Assembly: GCA_040954595.2 (NCBI GenBank)
Contig: CM082585.2
Location: 6,287,808 to 6,351,807, forward strand
Reading direction: 5' to 3'
Length of the DNA stretch: 64,000 nt
Source of the DNA: Balanoglossus misakiensis
Taxonomy: Eukaryota > Animalia > Hemichordata
The translations under genes and the position numbers were made by a program. Shown in pieces: positions 42,201-48,313 of this stretch. Position 1 is the first letter of the stretch. Each line of letters begins with the position of its first letter. The notes under the pieces are model-generated. The model was not told the DNA's origin. It saw nothing but the letters and a program-made list of their open reading frames with translations, and ran no database searches.

Positions 42201-42480
42201 ATATTTACTATAAGGGAAAAATAACGAAGTGTCTCCAATAAAGATGTCCCATTTTGCATATACGTCTGCTAGTTGCCAATATCATGCAATGGGGAGGGTC
42301 TGGTTTTTGACGACTAGCCTCGGACGCAGAGGATACGTATCAAAATTCTCGCACAGTACTTACCAAAACTCGGCTTTCGCGAACAACCGCAGACACGCTT
42401 TCGCGAACCTGTTTCGCCGATTTGCGATCACCGGTGACTGCAAACTGTCTCAGCCTTACGTGCGGTCGTTCCATACTCAT
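7..42480 (-). CDS. DOCK9: Dedicator of cytokinesis DOCK9/10/11 (DOCK-D, zizimin) GEF, 5' part; 29 constitutive coding exons, continues beyond the left edge
   Basis: All exons have GT-AG ends with compatible phases (4090 nt, ending phase 1). Translation matches DOCK9/11 motifs: [12 protein letters not shown] domain, [46 protein letters not shown]-like, [24 protein letters not shown]. Confidence 0.97.
342..548. mobile_element. Family A MITE, left arm plus central palindrome
   Basis: TTAA-AGAGACAAAGTCTCTC start, similar to 22281 copy, ends in ~75-bp inverted repeat. Confidence 0.8.
1047..1115 (-). CDS. DOCK 69-nt exon, probably a cassette ([23 protein letters not shown])
   Basis: strong pyrimidine tract, tag|...CAG|gttgag, symmetric phase 1, open frame. 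Confidence 0.7.
3395..3692 (-). CDS. DOCK9: DOCK exon [20 protein letters not shown]...DMIAGPHGK
   Basis: cag|...|gtatgt, phase 0-1. Confidence 0.93.
3742..3920 (+). mobile_element. Family B MITE, right tip missing
   Basis: TTAA-AGGTATACGGTCACC start, ends GGTGACCGTA. Confidence 0.82.
4226..4404 (-). CDS. DOCK9: DOCK exon [25 protein letters not shown]...[10 protein letters not shown]
   Basis: tag|...|gtaaag, phase 1-0, strong DOCK9 similarity. Confidence 0.96.
4626..4667 (-). CDS. Candidate 42-nt cassette exon ([14 protein letters not shown])
   Basis: long pyrimidine tract, cag|...C|gtaaat, symmetric phase 1, TGCATG ~30 nt downstream. Confidence 0.35.
5746..5772 (-). CDS. Candidate 27-nt microexon (AYSGRWKNY)
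   Basis: TGC-containing tract, tag|CATACAGCGGTCGATGGAAAAATTATG|gtaatt, symmetric phase 1. Confidence 0.5.
6007..6039 (-). CDS. Candidate 33-nt cassette exon ([11 protein letters not shown])
   Basis: pyrimidine tract, cag|...|gtatgt, symmetric phase 1. Confidence 0.4.
7294..7341 (-). CDS. Candidate 48-nt cassette exon ([16 protein letters not shown])
   Basis: very strong upstream pyrimidine tract, cag|...TTCA|gtaaga, symmetric phase 1, open frame. Confidence 0.65.
7711..7822 (-). CDS. DOCK9: DOCK exon [37 protein letters not shown]
   Basis: tag|...|gtatgt, phase 0-1. Confidence 0.96.
8106..8189 (-). CDS. DOCK9: DOCK exon [28 protein letters not shown]
   Basis: cag|...|gttagc, phase 0-0. 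Confidence 0.96.
8647..8865 (-). CDS. DOCK9: DOCK exon [17 protein letters not shown]...[10 protein letters not shown]
   Basis: cag|...|gtcagt, phase 0-0. Confidence 0.96.
9441..9566 (-). CDS. DOCK9: DOCK exon [42 protein letters not shown]
   Basis: cag|...|gtaatg, phase 0-0. Confidence 0.95.
9621..9683. repeat. Imperfect (TG)n microsatellite
   Basis: direct reading. Confidence 0.85.
9913..9982 (-). CDS. DOCK9: DOCK exon [23 protein letters not shown]
   Basis: cag|...|gtaatg, phase 2-0. Confidence 0.94.
10174..10289 (-). CDS. DOCK9: DOCK exon [39 protein letters not shown]
   Basis: cag|...|gtaggt, phase 0-2. Confidence 0.94.
10534..10620 (-). CDS. DOCK9: DOCK exon [29 protein letters not shown]
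   Basis: cag|...|gtatgg, phase 0-0. Confidence 0.94.
10956..11157 (-). mobile_element. Kolobok-like MITE, family B, complete
   Basis: TTAA TSD, perfect TIR AGGTATACGGTCACC...GGTGACCGTATACCT. Confidence 0.88.
11216..11302 (-). CDS. DOCK9: DOCK exon [29 protein letters not shown] (end of DHR-1)
   Basis: tag|...|gtaagc, phase 0-0. Confidence 0.95.
11435..11519 (-). CDS. DOCK9: DOCK exon [28 protein letters not shown]
   Basis: cag|...|gtaaat, phase 2-0. Confidence 0.94.
12649..12672 (-). CDS. Candidate 24-nt microexon (SNDRARPTR)
   Basis: ~35-nt pyrimidine tract, tag|TAACGACCGTGCTCGACCAACACG|gtaagc, symmetric phase 2, no stop in that frame. Confidence 0.7.
12747..12831 (+). mobile_element. 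piggyBac-like 85-bp MITE, family C
   Basis: TTAA TSD, TIR CCCTTTCACC...GGTGAAAGGG. Confidence 0.82.
13250..13276 (-). CDS. Weak candidate 27-nt microexon (KIDKDYQLR)
   Basis: tag acceptor with upstream TGC motifs, symmetric phase 2, but poor donor CG|gttcct. Confidence 0.25.
13773..13809 (-). CDS. DOCK9: DOCK DHR-1 37-nt exon (V)[12 protein letters not shown]
   Basis: cag|...|gtaggt, phase 1-2, conserved GYSWLPL-type motif, needed to keep frame. Confidence 0.95.
14801..14821 (-). CDS. Candidate 21-nt microexon (GHDIESK)
   Basis: long polypyrimidine tract with TGC, aag|GACACGATATTGAAAGCAAAG|gtagta, symmetric phase 1, no stop. Confidence 0.55.
15141..15261 (-). CDS. DOCK9: DOCK DHR-1 exon [40 protein letters not shown]
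   Basis: cag|...|gtaagt, phase 0-1. Confidence 0.96.
15496..15567. mobile_element. Second piggyBac-like mini element
   Basis: TTAA-CCCTTTG...CAAAAGG-TTAA. Confidence 0.5.
15920..16078 (-). CDS. DOCK9: DOCK DHR-1 exon [29 protein letters not shown]...SPEFYEE
   Basis: cag|...|gtgaga, phase 0-0. Confidence 0.96.
16480..16667 (-). CDS. DOCK9: DOCK exon [12 protein letters not shown]...[20 protein letters not shown] (start of DHR-1/C2)
   Basis: cag|...|gtaagc, phase 1-0. Confidence 0.96.
17036..17238 (-). CDS. DOCK9: DOCK exon [33 protein letters not shown]...DSFQ
   Basis: tag|...|gtaagt, phase 2-1. Confidence 0.93.
17622..17704 (-). CDS. DOCK9: DOCK exon [28 protein letters not shown]
   Basis: cag|...|gtgagt, phase 0-2. 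Confidence 0.96.
17758..17842. mobile_element. pogo/Tigger-like mini MITE
   Basis: TA-flanked AGTGAAACCT...AGGTTTCACTG inverted ends. Confidence 0.6.
18032..18154 (-). CDS. DOCK9: DOCK exon [41 protein letters not shown]
   Basis: cag|...|gtaggt, phase 0-0. Confidence 0.96.
18974..19204 (-). CDS. DOCK9: DOCK exon [28 protein letters not shown]...WLKFPKQ
   Basis: cag|...|gtatgc, phase 0-0. Confidence 0.95.
19575..19742 (-). CDS. DOCK9: DOCK exon [34 protein letters not shown]...DDQVN
   Basis: cag|...|gtaagt, phase 0-0. Confidence 0.92.
19827..19988. mobile_element. pogo/Tigger-like MITE (CAGT...ACTG termini)
   Basis: TA-CAGTCAAACCTG...TTCGACTG with internal GGCCACCT-type repeats; relatives at 17758-17842 and ~46965-47030. 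Confidence 0.6.
20775..20938 (-). CDS. DOCK9: DOCK exon [32 protein letters not shown]...YPQMQ
   Basis: tag|...|gtcaga, phase 1-0, resembles DOCK11 SMHPELMKYGRETE. Confidence 0.93.
20982..21065 (+). mobile_element. Family C MITE, degenerate
   Basis: shared core GAGGTCCA..TTACCAT.GAAAACA...AACCATGGTGGTGAAAGG. Confidence 0.75.
21311..21391. repeat. Tandem duplication, 2 x ~40 bp
   Basis: GAAAATGGCCAAC(A)GGCAGCCATATTGGATCA.ATTGCAAA twice; core resembles the HINE internal repeat. Confidence 0.85.
22281..22521. mobile_element. Kolobok-like MITE, family A (both termini present, internally deleted)
   Basis: TTAA on both sides, TIR AGGGACAAAGTCTCTC...GAGAGACTTTGTCCCT. Confidence 0.85.
22552..22729 (-). 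CDS. DOCK9: DOCK PH-domain exon [40 protein letters not shown]...
   Basis: cag|...|gtgtgt, phase 0-1, conserved PH C-terminal Trp helix. Confidence 0.93.
22927..23011 (+). mobile_element. Family C MITE, degenerate
   Basis: same core and CCCTT/AAGGG ends. Confidence 0.75.
23033..23173 (-). CDS. DOCK9: DOCK PH-domain exon [21 protein letters not shown]...[10 protein letters not shown]
   Basis: cag|...|gtacgt, phase 0-0, KRRYF PH motif. Confidence 0.95.
23404..23581 (-). CDS. DOCK9: DOCK exon [15 protein letters not shown]...[10 protein letters not shown]...PLME (start of PH domain)
   Basis: cag|...|gtaggt, phase 2-0. Confidence 0.93.
23728..23944. mobile_element. Family A MITE, left arm plus central palindrome
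   Basis: TTAA-AGGGACAAAGTCTCTC start, high similarity to other copies. Confidence 0.8.
24145..24227 (-). CDS. DOCK9: DOCK exon [28 protein letters not shown]
   Basis: cag|...|gtaagt, phase 0-2. Confidence 0.95.
25485..26977 (+). mobile_element. Helentron-associated (HINE/DINE-1-like) non-autonomous rolling-circle element
   Basis: 5' subTIR CGGGCCCAAGC (25491) plus adjacent inverted copy (25510-25520), (CTTT)n microsatellite, ~156-bp and ~240-bp internal tandem repeats, 3' subTIR (26943-26953), 3' hairpin GCTGC-TT-GCAGC (26960-26971), T-rich flanks. Confidence 0.8.
27018..27107 (-). CDS. DOCK9: DOCK exon [30 protein letters not shown]
   Basis: cag|...|gtgaga, phase 0-0, homologous to DOCK9 STVPAKAEEEAQSLFVTE. 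Confidence 0.93.
30895..31099. mobile_element. Family A MITE, central palindrome plus right arm
   Basis: ends ACTTTGTCCCT-TTAA, reverse complement of the left arm. Confidence 0.8.
31226..31342 (-). CDS. DOCK9: DOCK exon 2 [39 protein letters not shown]
   Basis: cag|...|gtaagt, phase 0-0, conserved DOCK-C/D N-terminal motif. Confidence 0.95.
32095..32220 (+). repeat. Dispersed repeat with TGAGTCA motifs; inverted copy at ~60634-60712
   Basis: GATTTCTAGA.ATTTCTCTGAGTCA...TTCTTGAGTCACCAGTGAGTTTA.TGAGT at both loci. Confidence 0.7.
33618..33828. mobile_element. Tc1/mariner-type MITE
   Basis: TA TSD, ~25-bp TIR CTGTAAAACGAGAAATTTTCG / CGAAAATTTCCCGTTTTACAG; degraded relative at ~27731-27949. 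Confidence 0.8.
34609..34693 (+). mobile_element. Family C MITE
   Basis: TTAA-CCCTTT...GAAAGGG-TCAA, same core. Confidence 0.75.
37332..37427 (-). CDS. Candidate alternative DOCK first exon [27 protein letters not shown](VSFYK) with two donors
   Basis: ATG in GCATGG context; two phase-0 donors 15 nt apart: AAT|gtgagt (exon edge 37347) and AAG|gtgaga (37332). Confidence 0.55.
39212..39289 (-). CDS. Candidate alternative DOCK first exon [26 protein letters not shown]
   Basis: ATG in GCATGG context, strong phase-0 donor CAG|gtaaga matching exon 2, CpG-richer upstream region. Confidence 0.55.
41877..41901. repeat. (ATT)n microsatellite
   Basis: about 8 units. Confidence 0.85.
42364..42480 (-). 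CDS. DOCK9: DOCK first coding exon (conserved type), [39 protein letters not shown]
   Basis: ATG, phase-0 donor TTG|gtaagt; resembles the vertebrate DOCK9/11 N-terminus [30 protein letters not shown]. Confidence 0.88.
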
Positions 42481-43667
42481 TTTGAATTGCCGTGAGATGT
42501 TTTAATCTTCCAGAAGGAAATAAACTTCAGCAAGAGCCTTTGACCTCAAATGCAGTCGCCATTTTGAATGTCAATTTACTTGACTTTAGGTTGACGGAAA
42601 AAAGCAATATGGCATAAATCTCTTGATCAAGTTCATTTCGACTTCATGTGTCGCCTTGTTTATTAAACTGAATTATATTGATGTAATCTTCAAGTTTGCA
42701 GTCTTGATCTTATTTTGAAACAAACATTTGGGGGAATAACAACATGTTCCAGTCTAAGGAAAACCCATGTTTTTAATTGTGGAGGGCCTTTGAAGATATG
42801 GTAATTTTCATGACAAAAAAACTGGAGCTGAGATGTCCATGGCAACTGTTCTCACATTTTTATAGGCGACCATCTAATTTTATTATGATTCATAAACAAG
42901 ATGGCACTTGGCAAAGTCAGTATGATTTGTAGCAACTACCACTACAGGTGACTAGGGCACCTCATACTGCAGCAAGTCTATCAAACAAAAAAGTTGAACT
43001 TTTTAAATGTAGGTCTGTAGCATACATACAAATAAGCAAAGTAATGCAAGGGTGCATGAAAATGTTGTGTAACTCATCACAAGAAAATAGGAACACATTT
43101 ACTTTGAAGGGTTTGGATTAGGTTTAAATTGTACATGTTGTAGGTTTTTTTTATTAGGTAAATGTGGCGTGACTGGAAATCTTCACCTGTTGCCAAGAAT
43201 AATATATTTTATGAAAACTTTGGTGAACACAAAGCCAAAGGAGCTAGTGAGAATTCACAATATACTAGCTACCAATAATTGTAGCCTTGGTGGGTTGGTT
43301 CTGTGGCTGGATCGCACTGATAAACTCACATGGGCCTAAGATTTATAAATAAATGAAAACGCAAACGAAATAAATAAACAAACATTCATTTTTGTCATTT
43401 TGTCTTTTTATTTGTTCGACTGTATTTTTGTTTGTTTGTTCGATTGGGTGTTTATGTTTTTCTTTGTATTTTCAGTCTGAGACCCCTGGTATGATGCCCC
43501 TCCCCATTAGTTATAGTAGATGGGTCCCTAAAATCATAACCCGGAAGTAATGCATCTTGGGAACTCGGTAGTAGTCATATGACCAGTCTGTGCGTCAAGT
43601 ATTGAATCATTTACAGTAGATCATCGTACTTCGGAAGGAGATCGGTATATTTTTTAAATTGGACACA
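42481..43667. promoter_or_regulatory. Divergent (head-to-head) promoter interval of DOCK and RagA/B
   Basis: Opposing ATGs 1.19 kb apart; YY1-type CGCCATTTT at 42557-42565, ETS-type CCGGAAGT at 43541-43548; CpG-rich at both ends. Confidence 0.75.
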
Positions 43668-43691
43668 ATGAGTAGCAAAATGAAGAAAAAG
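43668..43691 (+). CDS. RRAGA: RagA/B exon 1 MSSKMKKK
   Basis: ATG, donor AAG|gtgagt, phase 0. Confidence 0.9.
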
Positions 43692-46600
43692 GTGAGTGTG
43701 GTAGATTTTCCAGTTAGGCCGGAACGTTCACGAGGAACGGAGGCGGTGGGAGGGGACAGGGAGAGGGAGATCTTTACGGGGAATTCCCTTCTGTTCCCAA
43801 TGATCGCACGTATGTCCGTCGTGAAAGTTTCGGCGTACGTGATCATTGAATGGACAATGGCTTCCTAAAGTTCCAGGTCGACCGCGATCTGTCCCGAGAC
43901 AGCTGTATCGAGGCGGTATATACTTATGGAGAATTGTAGTATGAGACTCAAAGCGCCATCTAGCATTTTTGGTCCCTGTATTTAGACGACCCTCAATGTC
44001 AACACACCGTTTGAGTCGAGGTTGTTTTTCAGTTGTCCTACCGTCAAGTCCACTTTGACATCTGATGCAATCAGGTGGCAAGCATGTGACCCGAAATATA
44101 CCATTGTTCGTAAATGTACATTGTTTTTCTTCCGTGGAAAAACCTCAAGGTCTCAGCAGCGTATGTGTCATCCCCCTTGCCATAGCCGCGTCAAAAGTTA
44201 TATGCTGTCCGGTAGGGTTAGAATGGTTAGGGCTAAGGCTGCATTCACAAACACCTCTGGAGGGGGGGGGGGGGGGCAGGAGAATTGAGGGGGGGGATTT
44301 GAAAAAATTGAGGGTATGTAAGGGGGGGATTTGAAATAATTTAGGGACTGAAAGGGGGGGACTTGAAAACTTTGACGACTAAATATTTATTTTGAGTCTA
44401 CAAAAATGCAGTTTCGCGCCCTTTATTTTACAAAATTTTCTAATGTGGGAGGGGGACACCCCCTCCCACACCCACCCCCTCCATTCATCAACACCTTTCA
44501 ATCATTGACTGCTTTATCTAGTGTCCCAGGTCAGGGGACTTGCCCCCACCCCATGATAACTTTGAGCGGCGACGGTTAAATTTGTCCTCCCCAACATACC
44601 GGTAGTTGAGTTAACTTGCTTTTGCTGGGTTCATTAAAATGCAGCTTTGAGCTCTGTATTTTATAAAATTTTCTTACGTGGGAGGGGGACACCCCCTCCC
44701 AAACCCACCCCCTTCAATTCTCGGTTTACAATGTCTCCCAACACAGAATACAAATACTTAAAAAATAAAAACAATGTTCAGTTTTAATACCCACTGATGA
44801 GGGGAAACATCAGTTTCAAATTCTTTTCATGGGAACGCTGTTTTTCTTTTTTACAAGATAGATGTGTTTTGCTCTGTGAAAGAAAATGGGGGGGGGGGAT
44901 TTCAAAATTTTGGCAGTACGGAAGGGGGGGATTTGAAAATATTTCGGGTTGTGTGGGGGGGCATGTGAAAATTAGCGGTAAAAAAAATTGAATTCTCCCG
45001 CCCCCCCCTCCAGAGGTGTTTGTGAATGCAGCCTAATGCCAAGAAAAAGGTTTGTTTTATTGCTATGGTGATGATTTTGGAATTGTCAGTTACTGCATAT
45101 CCAATTTGTAAAATTTCCTTTTATAGCCTATTGTGTTCAAGTTTGTACTTGCATAGAGGTTGGTCAGATAGAAATTGGGGTTATGTAACTGTTCCTTTGT
45201 TGTGATTCTTCGCAATTGTAGTTGATGTACCCCTGTTTGGAGAACACCAGAATCATAACCACAATTAATTACATTGTTATGCAAATACGGTATCAGAAAC
45301 TTCTGGGGAGAGACTGTCACAATAGCCATGCCAATGAAATTTATGTGTAACTGTAATGTTTAATTTTCAGGTGTTGTTGATGGGGAAGAGTGGGTCTGGC
45401 AAAACGAGTATGCGATCCATCATATTTGCCAACTACATTGCAAGAGATACAAGGCGGCTTGGAGCTACAAGTAGGTCAAGAGTTTACTCATCTCATTTCT
45501 GCTGAATATCAAAACAAATCCTGGGCCCATCTGACTGTTTATGTATATTTGGATTTTCATATCGGGAATCCACATCTCCAGTGATTTTTTTCTGTTTGAA
45601 TATTAACTTATGTTTATGTTTATTTCATTTGCAGTTGATGTCGAATTTTCACATGTACGTTTCCTTGGCAACCTTGTACTTAATTTGTGGGACTGTGGAG
45701 GGTAGGTACTATTTATAATTTTATGAATGCCACTAAGTGTACAGAAAATATCTAAAACAATCATGTGAGGAATGCTGTAATGAATTCTTTAGTTTGTCAT
45801 GGTTTGAGTGATATGTGTTGGTGATGATGATGATCAGATGATGATGATGATTATGGTGGTGGTGATGATGATGTAGTCATAAGCTGTAAACAATTATCTA
45901 CAAACTTCCTCGTGGGTTGCCTGTACAATGATTATTTTTTTGTCAACAATGAAGTCAGGGCTGCATTTATATTTCAATGTTGAAAAAAATAATTATATCT
46001 TATTGCTAAATTGGATGAGAATGTTTAACTTTTGCGTTTTGATTGTTTCAGACAAGAAGCCTTCATGGAGAACTATTTCGCAAGTCAGCGAGACAACATC
46101 TTCCGTAACGTAGAAGTTCTCATCTACGTCTTTGATGTCGAAAGCCGAGAGTTAGAGAAAGATATGCACTATTACCAGTCGTGTTTAGAGGCCATTTTAC
46201 AAAACTCCCCAGATGCCAAAGTCTTCTGTTTAATTCATAAAATGGATTTAGTTCAGGAAGATCAGCGAGAGCTGGTAAGAAAGTCGGAAATTGATTCTTT
46301 TGTCTGTAGAAATATTTTTGTATATCGCTTGACCAAATTGAGATACTGTAGTAGTATTTGTTTTGTTGATAACATTTATGCACTTAGGACTTTTCAAGTG
46401 GTGTGGTTCCATAGCTTCCATGGTTTATCAGCGGATTGAAATAATAGAATACAGTTTTCAAGCTGTTGATATCTGGAACATATTATTTGTCAGGAAAAAT
46501 AAATTGAGACATCACCTGTATAGCTTTACCACAAAGGCCGGCAAATCATTGTGTCTCAAATTGCTCTAATTTATTAATCATTTGTTGTCATAATCTTTCA

Positions 46601-48119
46601 ATGTTTTTTGTACAAATTCTGTTAATTGGTCCAGAAGAAATAATGTCAGTACATTTTGTCAGATTTTCAGAGAAAGGGAAGATGATTTGAGGCGGCTGTC
46701 GAAACCGCTCGACTGCACGTGTTTCCGTACATCTATCTGGGATGAGACTCTCTATAAGGCGTGGTCGTCAATAGTGTATTTACTCATACCAAACGTACAC
46801 CAGTTAGAGACGAATCTGGGATCGTTCGCTGGAATTATCGATGCAGACGAGGTGTTGCTGTTTGAAAGAGCCACATTCCTGGTGAGTATTGGACTAATTC
46901 AACCGGTCGCTTTTGTGAAAATTTCTTCAGTGAACCATTCTGTCATTGCCCACAGTGGTATACACAGCATGCAAACCTGTCTATAGTGGCTGGTCTTTAT
47001 AGACAGGCGGCCTTTATAGACAGGTCTGTTAATGCACGTGTAAATTGCATTGCCACTTCATAGAAGTGGCCACTAACACCTGAAATAATTCACCATCCTA
47101 AAAGAATGGATGGAGAACTCGCTAGTTTAAAATTTGTGTTTTTTATTTGAAATGCAGGTGATATCTCACTGTCAGAGGAGACCACACAGAGATGTTCATC
47201 GTTTTGAGAAGATCAGTAACATCATCAAACAGTTCAAACTAAGTTGCAGGTGAGGTCATGTGACAGCATCCCTCCCCCCCCCTACCTCCTTTCATTGTCA
47301 TTGCCAAAACCTTGAGAAATTTCCATTTCTTTATGACCGACATTCCCTGAAAACAAATTCAACCACAGACCTATATCTGTGTCCATTCGCATCCATTGAT
47401 GTTGAAAAATTCATTCAATGAAAATTATCCCTGAAAACCAATGGAGAATACTGTTTTGTATGTGCACGGACGTAAGACTTTACGTTTTCCATTTCAGCAA
47501 GCTAGCAGCCTCGTTTCAAAGTATGGAAGTTAGGAATTCGAACTTTGCTGCCTTCATTGACGTGTTCACATCCAACACATATGTGATGGTGATCATGTCA
47601 GATCCTGGCATACGTAAGTATCCATTAGCTACAGAGATTCCAATGTCAACTTGCCGTTATCTTTCACAAAATAAAACATATCATTTTTTCAACATTTTTT
47701 CTAAAATTTTGGTAAAGACCTGTAGGCAATGGTAACATTTGTCTATTTGGTCCAAAATTAAAGGAAAAAATAGAAAAAAAAATACAAAAATCAGAAAATG
47801 TTACACCAATGTTTGGCGAGAAAATTTTGTAGTGTCCAGAGAGTTTAATAAAACGATCAACGTTTCACATCTGCCTATGTGTGATTGTGATGTTCATGTA
47901 TAGATGTCATAGTACATACAAGAATAGTGAATCATGTTTGACAGAAAAAAATGGTGTTCTGTTTAATCTTATATAAGCAGTTTGCCAATGAAAAACAGGT
48001 TTTAAGATTCTTGTCTTTTTTTTACAGCCTCGGCGGCCACATTGATCAACATCAAAAATGCAAGGAAACACTTTGAGAAGTTAGAAAGACTAGATGGGCC
48101 TGTAGTGCGGGGACAGTGA
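43668..48119 (+). CDS. RRAGA: Ras-related GTP-binding protein A/B (RagA/B, Gtr1 ortholog; TORC1 amino-acid sensing), complete, 8 exons, 933 nt, 310 aa
   Basis: Exons 43668-43691, 45371-45470, 45635-45701, 46052-46274, 46663-46881, 47158-47249, 47498-47613, 48028-48119 join in frame; GKSGSGKT P-loop, WDCGGQ, HKMD, TSIW motifs; very close to human RagA. Confidence 0.98.
43952..43964 (-). promoter_or_regulatory. CTCF-like motif in RagA/B intron 1
   Basis: GCTAGATGGCGCT matches the core of the CTCF consensus CCACTAGATGGCGCT. Confidence 0.35.
44237..45033. mobile_element. PIF/Harbinger-like non-autonomous element in RagA/B intron 1
   Basis: 3-bp TAA TSD, perfect TIR GGCTGCATTCACAAACACCTCTGGAGGGGGGG, internal G-run repeats, no transposase. 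Confidence 0.85.
45371..45470 (+). CDS. RRAGA: RagA/B exon 2 [33 protein letters not shown]
   Basis: cag|...|gtaggt, P-loop and switch I. Confidence 0.97.
45635..45701 (+). CDS. RRAGA: RagA/B exon 3 [23 protein letters not shown]
   Basis: cag|...|gtaggt, phase 1-2. Confidence 0.97.
45818..45873. repeat. Imperfect (GAT/GGT)n microsatellite in RagA/B intron 3
   Basis: direct reading. Confidence 0.8.
46052..46274 (+). CDS. RRAGA: RagA/B exon 4 QEAFMENYF...[13 protein letters not shown]
   Basis: cag|...|gtaaga, phase 2-0. Confidence 0.97.
46663..46881 (+). CDS. RRAGA: RagA/B exon 5 IFREREDDL...[13 protein letters not shown]...FERATFL
   Basis: cag|...|gtgagt, phase 0-0. Confidence 0.97.
47158..47249 (+). 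CDS. RRAGA: RagA/B exon 6 [31 protein letters not shown]
   Basis: cag|...|gtgagg, phase 0-2. Confidence 0.97.
47498..47613 (+). CDS. RRAGA: RagA/B exon 7 [38 protein letters not shown]
   Basis: cag|...|gtaagt, phase 2-1. Confidence 0.97.
48028..48119 (+). CDS. RRAGA: RagA/B exon 8 [30 protein letters not shown]
   Basis: cag| acceptor, TGA at 48117-48119. Confidence 0.96.
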
Positions 48120-48307
48120 GAGAGCTGTAGATGATAACCTTGGTACTTCCCTACATCCAGAAATGGTTTCTCCCAAAACTGGGTCCTCCGGTGGTATTCA
48201 GTGATTGGCTGAGATGTGGTCACATGCACAGCCTGACTGAGATTGGATGATTATGCATCCATTTCTGTAAAATATTTATATCTTTAACAAACCTGTTGTA
48301 GAAAGAC

Positions 48308-48313
48308 AATAAA
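48308..48313 (+). terminator. First candidate polyadenylation signal of RagA/B (others at 48534, ~49027 and ATTAAA at ~49279)
   Basis: AATAAA hexamers after the stop; which one is used cannot be determined from sequence. Confidence 0.3.
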
